Assembly: GCA_900128585.1 (NCBI GenBank)
Contig: LT642181.1
Location: 1 to 40,582 of the forward strand
Direction: 5' to 3'
Source: Stramenopiles sp. TOSAG23-3
Taxonomy: Eukaryota
DNA length: 40,582 nt
Shown here: piece by piece, positions 31,971 to 40,582 of the stretch
Layout: each line of letters starts with the position of its first letter
Position numbering within the stretch: position 1 is the stretch's first letter
Notes under the pieces: model-generated
The model's database searches: none
The model's input: only the letters and a program-made list of their open reading frames with translations
What the model was told of the DNA's origin: nothing
Made by a program: the position numbers and the translations under genes

Positions 31971-33410
31971 ATGAAGAAGAGCAGCAATACGGCCAACAGT
32001 AGTCACGGCCAGAAGGCCGGGGCCTCGAAAACGATCCCGCCCCCGGAGAAGAAGTCGTCGGATGAGCAAGCGTCGACCCCTCGGGCGGACGTGACCATGC
32101 CCAAGGTCGAGCGCAGGCGCCGAGGGAGCAACTCGGCACGGTCCAACGCGCCGAGGAAGATGCCGGACCTTCCCAAGTTGAAAGAGGTGAGCCTAACGCA
32201 GAGGCAGGAGGTGTTCCGGCAAAAGCTTTTGCTGTGCGAGGCCCGGTTCGACTTCAACAATCCGATGACGGACTCCCAGAGGGCGTCCGCGGAGGTCAAG
32301 CGGAACACGCTGAACGAGCTGGTGGAGTTTGTCTCGTTGCCGAGTAGTCAGAAATTTTTCACGGAGGCAATGCTGCCGCGCGTCGTGACCATGGTAGAAA
32401 AGAACATTTTTCGGGCCCTCCCGCCGCCGGACGACGAGTACAACCCGGAGGAGGACGCGCCCATCTTCGAGCCCTCCTGGCCCCACCTGTGTATTGTCTA
32501 CGAGTTTCTCCTGCGCTTCATCATGTCGCCGGACGTCACCGCCAAGGCGGCGAAGAATTACGTGTCCCACCTGTTTTGCGCCCGCCTGGTCGAGCTCTTC
32601 GACACGGAGGACCACCGGGAGCGGGACTACCTGAAGAACATCCTCCACCGCATTTACGGCAAGTTCATGTCGCACCGGGCCTTCATCCGGCGCACGATCA
32701 GCAACGTTTTTTATAAGTTTGTGTACGAGGACGAGCGCCACAACGGGATCGGCGAGTTGCTGGAGATCCTGGGGAGCATCATCAACGGCTTCGCCCTTCC
32801 CCTGAAAAAGGAGCACTTGGCGTTCATGGACCGGGCGCTCATGCCGCTCCACAAGCCCCGGTGCGTCAGCCTGTACCACAGGCAGCTGTGCTACTGCGTC
32901 ACCCAGTACATCGAAAAGGACATCAACACCGGCATCTTGATTATCAAGAAACTGCTGTCGTACTGGCCGTGGAGCTCGAGCGTGAAGCAAATTTTGTTGT
33001 TGGACGAGCTGGAAGAAATCATGGAGCTGATCACGATCGAAGTTTTAGAGAAGGGCGGCGTCGGCGCGTTGCTCTTTCAGACCCTCGCCAAGTGCCTCTC
33101 CAGCGTGCACTTCCAGGTTGCCGAGCGGACCCTGTTGATCTGGCAGAACGACCATTTGATCATGGACGGGATTTTGAAGCCGCAGCACAACGGTTTTGTC
33201 CTCCCGCAGATTTTGCCGGCGCTCCTAGACGGGCGGGGGGATTGGAACAAAAACGTGGAGGGCTTGGCCCGGGTAGTGATCGAACGGTACCAGAGCGATG
33301 ACATAGAGCTGTACGACGAGTGCAAGAACCAGCACGAGCAGAACAAACGAAAGGCAGAATCGGAACGAAGCAGGCGGGACGCGCTGTGGAACAAGTTGAG
33401 CCACGCGTGA
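31971..33410 (+). CDS. Protein phosphatase 2A regulatory subunit B' (B56)
   Basis: NIFRALPP, EPSWPHL, ELFDTEDHRERDYLK, ELLEILGSIINGFALPLK, HFQVAER. Confidence 0.96.
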   Translation: MKKSSNTANSSHGQKAGASKTIPPPEKKSSDEQASTPRADVTMPKVERRRRGSNSARSNAPRKMPDLPKLKEVSLTQRQEVFRQKLLLCEARFDFNNPMTDSQRASAEVKRNTLNELVEFVSLPSSQKFFTEAMLPRVVTMVEKNIFRALPPPDDEYNPEEDAPIFEPSWPHLCIVYEFLLRFIMSPDVTAKAAKNYVSHLFCARLVELFDTEDHRERDYLKNILHRIYGKFMSHRAFIRRTISNVFYKFVYEDERHNGIGELLEILGSIINGFALPLKKEHLAFMDRALMPLHKPRCVSLYHRQLCYCVTQYIEKDINTGILIIKKLLSYWPWSSSVKQILLLDELEEIMELITIEVLEKGGVGALLFQTLAKCLSSVHFQVAERTLLIWQNDHLIMDGILKPQHNGFVLPQILPALLDGRGDWNKNVEGLARVVIERYQSDDIELYDECKNQHEQNKRKAESERSRRDALWNKLSHA

Positions 33411-33961
33411 GGCGCCCGTGTCGGTCGAGGAAGGGGGAAAGATCATAAAATTCGAAGGAACGGGACGGTTGAGAAATTTTTTAATGTGAAAATCAATCCA
33501 GTATCCGAAGGTCATCGTCATACGAAGTATGAATAATAATTATTGATTGATTAGTTTACTACTACAAATATATCGTATTCTTTTTTATTATTTATCCTGT
33601 ATGTATAATTATTCATATCTTCTTTTTTTATTTTTGTTGAAAATGTAGATGGTGTGTGGTGTATAGAGTATTACACCGTACTACCAAAGGCAAAATGTAT
33701 TTTTTAGATTTCTTTCTTCTTCTAATTATTATAATACCAACAAGGTAGAAGAAGGATTTAAGAAAAGATGGAAAAGCTACTCGTACTTATCTTAGTCATA
33801 TGACTCTTACTTCGCATTTAAAAGAGTATTTTACAGTGTTTGGTTGAAACAAAGGTTGTTGCGGATGTGTACGGTTGGTGTGTAACAGTTTAATCTATGA
33901 ATGTCCCCAACACACTTTTTTACGATCATTTACCGCCGCCAAGCACAAGTTGTTTCGTGGG

Positions 33962-34648
33962 TCACAGGAGGTCGACCACGGGGTCCAACAGTTTGTTCCA
34001 ATCCTCCAGGCCCCAGCTGGACGACGTGTCCAACAGGATTCCGTTTATAGCACACGTTGGAGTGACGTGCACAGTTCTCTGTCGGTGCATTTTTGCGTAC
34101 CACTTCAGCGCCTGCGTGGTCCCGTTTCCACTATTTCTCTGCCCGTTCGACGTGTCCAGCTTCAGGACGTCCAGGAACTTCGACTCGTCCAGCCCGCAGG
34201 CGGGGCAGACCACTTTCGCTAGCTCCTGGTAGATTTGGGTCCTGGTCTTGTCGTACGTTTCTGCGTCAACAAACTGTTCCCTGGCGTCTAAAATCGCCCT
34301 GTACGCCTTTTGATACACTTCCGAGGTCCCTCCAATAATCCATGCCGCCAGTGCCGCTTCGTGCAGCAACGTGCTCTGTGGGTGCCACGGCTGGGGCACT
34401 TGTTGAAAGACTACCTTTAGCTTGCACGGGGACGCCTGCTCGTAGTGAGGCACGACCAATGTCGTCAAACGGTCGTAGATTCGCTTGCTAAAAGGGCACG
34501 CAAAATCAATAAACACTTCCAATTCCACGGCGTTCGGGTGGAATTTTGTCGATTGAGAGTTGAACACTAGCCCTAGCTTTACCGGAGGCGTTCTCGACTT
34601 GGCCAGCGTCGGGCTCATGTTTGTCGTCACTGGTACCATAGCAGCCAT
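33962..34648 (-). CDS. Thioredoxin-fold DsbA-like protein (CxxS)
   Basis: LEVFIDFACPFS, VPQPWHPQS, VHVTPT; likely start 34648 or 34639. Confidence 0.85.
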   Translation of the reverse strand: MAAMVPVTTNMSPTLAKSRTPPVKLGLVFNSQSTKFHPNAVELEVFIDFACPFSKRIYDRLTTLVVPHYEQASPCKLKVVFQQVPQPWHPQSTLLHEAALAAWIIGGTSEVYQKAYRAILDAREQFVDAETYDKTRTQIYQELAKVVCPACGLDESKFLDVLKLDTSNGQRNSGNGTTQALKWYAKMHRQRTVHVTPTCAINGILLDTSSSWGLEDWNKLLDPVVDLL

Positions 34649-34849
34649 TATTGTGGTGAATAGAAGGCGTGTGTTATAACCAAATATCAAAGAAGTGAAT
34701 GAACAGGCAACGAATATTACAATCTGAAATAATTGATTCTTTTCCATGCATTTTTCATCTCTCTTTTTTTCTTCCCTCTTTTTTTCTTCCATTGTGGTTT
34801 TTAGTAGTAGTTGCTTTCCTTATTATTATTATCTATTTACTGTTGTTAC

Positions 34850-35180
34850 TTCTTCTTTCTTCATCATCATTCTTCTTCTTCTCTATTCTGTCTTCATTCT
34901 TCTTTTTTTCTTTCTTCTTTTTTTTTTTTTCTTCTTGCTTCTTCTTCTTTTTTTATTATTTCTTCTTCTTTTCTTCTTCTTTTCTTTTTTTCTTCTTCTT
35001 CTTCTTCTATATTTTATTATTTCTTCTTCTTTTCTTTCTTCTTCTTTCTTCTTCTTCTTTCTTCTTCTTTCTTCGTTCTTCTTCTTTTTTTATTTCTTCT
35101 TCTTCTTCTTTTTTTCGTATTTTTTTTCCTCCTTTCTTCGTTCTTCTTCTCTCTTCTCTTCTTCTTACTTCGCTTTCTTA
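34850..35180. repeat. (TTC/TTT)n low-complexity tract
   Basis: Directly visible. Confidence 0.9.
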
Positions 35181-35962
35181 TTTGTATATTATATAGGGAT
35201 TACATACATAGTTATAATGTACAATAATAATATAAGTACATAGTATATCTATACTCTTTTATTGACCTAAAGAAATATAAGTTGAGATGAATGATTGAGT
35301 TTCTGTATTATTTTCTATTTGTATTTTTATTGTATTAATATCCATAGTATTCCTATATATATACGTAATAAATAATAGAGTGCAGAGGTTTCAATTTTTT
35401 TTTTCCGTTTTTATTACATTACTATAGCATAGGTAATAAGAAAGAATGTGCGAAGAAAGAAAAAAAGAAGGAAAAAGAAAACGAATATTTTAATACTTCA
35501 AAATACAGGAGACAGCAGGATAGAATATTAAAAAAATAGTGAACCTTCTTCAATCCATCATCATCAGTAATCCACCATCATCAACAACAACGAAAAAAAA
35601 GCAAAAAAAATCCATAAAAATAATATTTAATTTATCCTCCTCCTTTTGTAGTCGTTTCTTCCGACTGCACAGTTCAAATGGGAAGGGTTTGATTTTGAAC
35701 CAATGCAGGATTATTGGAGATGAATTTTATTTGTGCTCTGTTTATATTTCGAATTATGCAAAAAAGAAGTGTGTGTATTTATATTAATCTCTGCATTTTT
35801 AATTGCCTACTTAACTCTTACTTCAAATAGCACACGTCCATCTGCAATATCCCTCTCTCTCTCTCTCTCTCTCTCCCTGGACTCAGGCTCCCTCAATGTT
35901 TTATAATTTATTGTTAAACAATTTACTTATCGCCGTGGTGTTGGGCAGCTCACTGTGCGGCG

Positions 35963-37429
35963 TTAAAGACGAGCTTCTTGCGGCTCCACTTTGGCCTTCT
36001 TCGGGGAGGACGGCGATGGCTTCGGCACTGTTTTCTTCTTTTTCCCGCCACCGCGGCCCTTTGATCTATCCGAGCCTAAAAAATCTGGTATGCCTTTCCA
36101 GCCCTGGTTGGCGTACGTGACCTGGGGCGTGCTGGGGATGTTGCTGGGGCGCTTCGTTTTGCTCCAGAGGTCCCAGTGGCGCTTCGTCTTCAAGTTAAAC
36201 TTTTGAACGTACTTTTTGGCGGCTTCAAAGGACAAAAAGTTGGCCGAGCGCGCGCGCGTGCTCCGGCCGTCCGTTCCGAGCCAGTCCGCCATCCCAATCC
36301 ACCCTTGCTCGCTGTAGGTGCGCTGGGGCGTGCTCGGTATCGTCGCGGGCCGCTTCAGGCGGCTCCACTCTCGCCAGTCCTTCTTCCCCTTCAACTTTTG
36401 CTTCCGGACGAAAGCCCGGGCCTTTTCGAATGGCAAAAAGTTTCGATTGTTTGCTTTAGTAGAAATCGTGTCGGTTCCCAACCAGTCTTGCATCCCCTTC
36501 CAGCCCATGTCCCGGTAGGTGACGTCGGGAGTGCTCGGGATGTTGGACGGGCGGTACTCTTTGCTCCAGCACCACCAGGCCCGCGCCCCGCGCAGCTTGA
36601 GGGCCCGGACGATCGTGCGCGCCTCCTTGAACGGCAAGAAGTTGGAGCTCTTCTTCCCTACACCTCGCTGGCCCCTGCTCTTCTTGCTTGCCGTCTTCTT
36701 CTTCGTCGCAATGTTTTTCTTCGACGTCGACGGGGTCGTCGTCGACGCCCGGGCGGGGGGGGGGCGCGCGGGGGACAGGGCGACCTGCTTCTGCTTCTTC
36801 GACGGGGATGCCGAGCTTCCGGCCGCCTGGGCGGCCGTCGCGCGCTTTCGCTTGCTCGGGGAATCGGACGCTCGGCCGATGTTTTTCGTCGTGGGGTCCT
36901 TGAGGGCGACTTGGTAGTTGGCAAACTTTCCTGAAGCTTCAAGCTGTTCCGATATCTTCTCGATTCGCTTCTGGAGCGACGCACCCTTGGGCGTTTTCTT
37001 CTCGGGCGTTCCCGCTTTCTTTGGCAGGACGACGTCGTTGGCGTGCTGCGGGGTGGTCAGGGACTTTTCGATGAGACGCCGTAGGACCTCCGGCTGCAAG
37101 TGTTTCGGCGGGACGGCGTGTTTTCGGATGTACCCGCTCTTTGGTCGCTGCCCCCCCGACGCCGTCACGGGAAGCGTCGAGGTTATCTTGTTCCGGCCCT
37201 TTCCGGCCGCCTTCTTGCTAATTTTACTATCAGATTTCTTTTTCCTACCCACCGTCGCCGCGCCCCTCTTGGCCGCCTTCTTCCTCGACGGCGTGTTGGA
37301 TGAAAAGCGGGAGAGGCTGAACAGGGCCTCGGCGGCATTGACCTGGTCAACGACGGTGTGTTTCTTTTTCCTCGTGTCAGAGACGATATTTAGGGCGGGG
37401 CCCAACGATTTTCGTGTCGTCTTTGGCAT
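35963..37429 (-). CDS. Basic nuclear-type protein with three phage-integrase-repeat-like units
   Basis: Three ~68-aa repeats NFLxFxxA…V..LKL…W..WS…RPxxIPSTP…Y…GWxG..D(W/F)LG; K/R-rich disordered N-half. Confidence 0.75.
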   Translation of the reverse strand: MPKTTRKSLGPALNIVSDTRKKKHTVVDQVNAAEALFSLSRFSSNTPSRKKAAKRGAATVGRKKKSDSKISKKAAGKGRNKITSTLPVTASGGQRPKSGYIRKHAVPPKHLQPEVLRRLIEKSLTTPQHANDVVLPKKAGTPEKKTPKGASLQKRIEKISEQLEASGKFANYQVALKDPTTKNIGRASDSPSKRKRATAAQAAGSSASPSKKQKQVALSPARPPPARASTTTPSTSKKNIATKKKTASKKSRGQRGVGKKSSNFLPFKEARTIVRALKLRGARAWWCWSKEYRPSNIPSTPDVTYRDMGWKGMQDWLGTDTISTKANNRNFLPFEKARAFVRKQKLKGKKDWREWSRLKRPATIPSTPQRTYSEQGWIGMADWLGTDGRSTRARSANFLSFEAAKKYVQKFNLKTKRHWDLWSKTKRPSNIPSTPQVTYANQGWKGIPDFLGSDRSKGRGGGKKKKTVPKPSPSSPKKAKVEPQEARL

Positions 37430-39952
37430 TTATAGTACGTTGAGGGGGGGCGGGGGGCTGGTGGCTGATTGTTTGGACCTTTCGTTTAGATTGATCTTCA
37501 GAAGTGTGCGTGGCCTGGGCGAGTGATGCGTTTGGAAGTAGTACTGCTTGAAGTTCCACGGATTACAACAAACAAAAACCAGTGCGTTCGTTTCAGGTAA
37601 AGTGCTGTGAGTGCAGACGCTATTGTTTTATTGATGGTGAGTTGAATGTAATGTTTCGATGTTATCCTGTAAAATCATTTTACCTACTGGTTCGATCATT
37701 ACTAAAAACCATGCAAGAAAGAAAGGAAATTTTAATTATTATATTATTATTATTTTTCTTCTTCTTCCTCCAGCAGCAGGTAGTAAGTAGTATTAATACC
37801 AAACCGGTACGCACGACGAACACATTTCTTCTTCTTCTCTTTTCTCTCTTCTTTCTTCTTTCTTACATCATCGAACCAAATGAGTTTTCAGTTTTCTATA
37901 CTGTGTACCTGTTGTATCAAAAGATGAAAAAAAGTCAATCAGAGAGATAGATTCTTAAACAGATATAATATTTAGACTACATATATTAATACTTATATTA
38001 TATATTTATATCCTATATATTATTGCCTACCTGCGTTCCTTCGTTAATTAAGTATTTGATGTAATACATATTCCGATTTATTTAATGTTATTATTATATA
38101 ATATTTAAGAATCCGTTGTTTTATTTATCCTTACGTTTTCGGAACAACGAAATCGGGAGCGAAAAAGACCATTCCTCAATAAAATTGATAAGAGTACCTA
38201 TGCTGTGTGTATGTTATTTAATTATTAAAAAATTGCCTTTCGTTTTCGTTTTAGATGCATAAATAATAAGCACACAGCATCAAGTACTGAAAACTTTCTT
38301 CTCCGCCCGACGAAATCCAATTTTTTCATCTTCTCAATTCCTTTCATTATTAATGCTATTTCTATATTAAATAAAGAAACACTAACAATGCCTCTTCTTT
38401 TCTATACTTTTATAACATATAACCTATATAATTTATACTTAAATTATAAATCCAATCCAACGCGCACTTTTTTTCGTTTTCCTTCCTTTCTATTTCCCTC
38501 ACAATCCTTTCCCAATCCTTTTCTTTTCAGAAATCCTGCTATTTAACTCTTTTCTATCTCTTAACACACTCATCATTTCGTAACTTCTTCCTCTATTTAT
38601 TTCCTCTTCTTCTTTGTTGTTCCTATTTATTTCCCCTTTCTTTTTCTCCTCAACAATCATCCTCGAACGAACCTCGAAACCAACAAATAATCAAAAGCAA
38701 CAAAAAACGAAATAAAAAATATTTCCGTTCTATTTCTATATAATATATAATTTAAATATTGTATATTGATGGTGTGGGGTGGAATAATCCAACTGGTGGA
38801 TTTGGAATCTTCTATTCTTCTATCAACTATAGCGTCCAGCGTGTGGGGTGGGTGGGTGGGGTGGGTGGTCGTATGTATTTTATATAAATAACAGAATTCT
38901 GCCCAACGATGCTGCCGTCGCGTATTTTAGTTTTAGATCATTATTAGACTATGAACTCTATCTCTATAACTAGAACTAATTACTGTAGAACGAGACCAAG
39001 AACTATAAAATTTCTGCAAGCAGGCCAGCGGTCGGGTCGGGTCGGTCGGGGGTCGGCCAGGTCAGGTCAGTCAGGCCACCAACCGAGGACCCGCGTGAGA
39101 GAGATTTCAGATTTCAGATTGAATAAAATACCCCAATAATAATAAATGGACTAAACTATAGTATTGATGGATGGTGATGAATTATGATTTGTATTTGTAT
39201 TTGTATTATATTAGTATACGTATAATAATACTATCTAATTGTACAATGTGCGTGTAGCATGTATACTAATTCTATATTAAAGTTTGAAAGAACATTTAAT
39301 ATGTACGTATATTTAAAATGTATTATAATTCCTTATTTATTGTACAATAATAACAGATTTCAGAATTAATAATTCTTCTTCTCTTCTTACTTCTTCTCTT
39401 TTTTTTTTGTATTTAATAAAAATATATTTAATAATAAATTGAATGAAGAATATATTTTTATTATTCTCTTCTTCTTCTTCTTGGATCTTTTTCTACTATA
39501 ATAATATATTATGGTATTCTTCAATAATATTATTATTTATATTAATAATTAAAAAATGATGAATAAATACTGTAATAAAATATATTATTATTATGATGTG
39601 ATGATATAGAAGATATGTTGTTGTTTGATATTATAAAAAACACAACATTGATTGAATATCTATATTGTACTAATTAATAGCCAACCACCTTTTAACTTGA
39701 TCAGACCTGTTCTATTTTATTTTTCATTGCTTCATATTGCTTTAACGAGCAAAGAAGTGAAATTTTAGTTTGTAGAGTGTGGATTTAATTGTATATAATC
39801 ATCGCAAACAAGATTTTATTCAACGTTGTTCGTTTCGTCGCGTACGTATCTAGGGAAAGGTTTCAAGTCGAACCGCGTTGGGCAAGAAGAAAGAGTACAA
39901 AGCGGTTTGTTGCGTAGTTCTAGTTCTTATTTTATTAGTTTTGTACAAAAAT

Positions 39953-40582
39953 ATGTCGTTTAATCAGCAGCAGCAGCAGGGTGGCCCCCCTGCAGCGCCA
40001 CAAGCTCCGGTTGCGGACATCCAGCAACTCCAAAGTATGCTCCGACGTTTGGACTCGGCGGAGACGGCCCTGAGGAGCCTGGCTTCGGAAACGAGCGGAA
40101 ACCCGACGGAAGCGGACTTGGGAAACCTAGGGCACTTGATGCAAAACCTGACCCAGCTGCAAGGCCAACTCAACGTGCTTCAAGAGAACGTGGACACCGT
40201 GACGGGGGGGGGGGCGCAGGGAGTGGAAACCAAGAGCCGGACATCTTGGTCCTGGACGACACCCCGGAAGGGCCCGGACAGGACGAGGTGGCCATGGTCG
40301 AGAACCATCCCGAAACCAACAACCTCCAGGCCGTTCCCCAGCCCCGGAGCGAAGAGCTGTCGTTGGAAACTGCCGGGTCGGAAATTGAGCATATATCCAA
40401 CCGGATGGCAGAAATCGAAGCCAGCATTAAAACCACCGCAGAGTCGGCGGAGAACGCCGATGGCGCGGCCCTTGTCGTCTCCCAAATGGAGGAGCTGCAG
40501 CAACTGTACGACCGGATGGAGCACATCCAAACCCACCTGAACAGTGACCTGGGGGCACAGACGAAAGAGGACGCGAAGGAGG
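39953..40582 (+). CDS. 5' part of acidic coiled-coil protein, apparent frameshift at G11 run (partial, runs off window)
   Basis: MSFNQQQQQGG…; after G run 40204-40214 the -1 frame is open to the window end (GAGSGNQEPDILVLDD…QMEELQQLYDRMEHIQ) with matching composition. Confidence 0.7.

Noticed and set aside
34699-35243. F/S/L-rich ORFs (also 20513-20857, 16126-16332)
   Set aside because: Translation of TTC microsatellites
1-40582. tRNA/rRNA genes
   Set aside because: No cloverleaf or rRNA signature noticed by eye; tRNAscan/Infernal not run

Overview
Eukaryotic (protist, probably stramenopile-like; inferred from gene content and architecture only) genomic window. Genes are compact, GC-richer and almost intron-free, separated by very AT-rich, microsatellite-laden spacers; the standard genetic code fits. 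About 18 genes or gene parts: LRR protein 3' end, an intron-containing hypothetical, a trypsin-family protease with an FN2-like insert and coiled coil, S10 carboxypeptidase, a TQAP-repeat secreted protein, a multi-TM LRR-LNR protein, a SURNod19/Cu-monooxygenase-like DOMON protein, rhodanese-FSH1 fusion, ER-type JmjC protein, RPL6, SMYD methyltransferase, Asp-box propeller, PP2A B56, DsbA-like protein, an integrase-repeat nuclear protein and others. The most unusual part is ~21.0-23.7 kb. It has no intact gene and is a patchwork of 60-450 bp fragments in both orientations from several different PIF/Harbinger-like transposases, plus Crypton-like, ankyrin-, collagen- and ubiquitin-like pieces. 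It resembles a transposon-fragment 'trap'/memory locus rather than one decayed element. All family assignments are from motif recognition by eye, not database searches.
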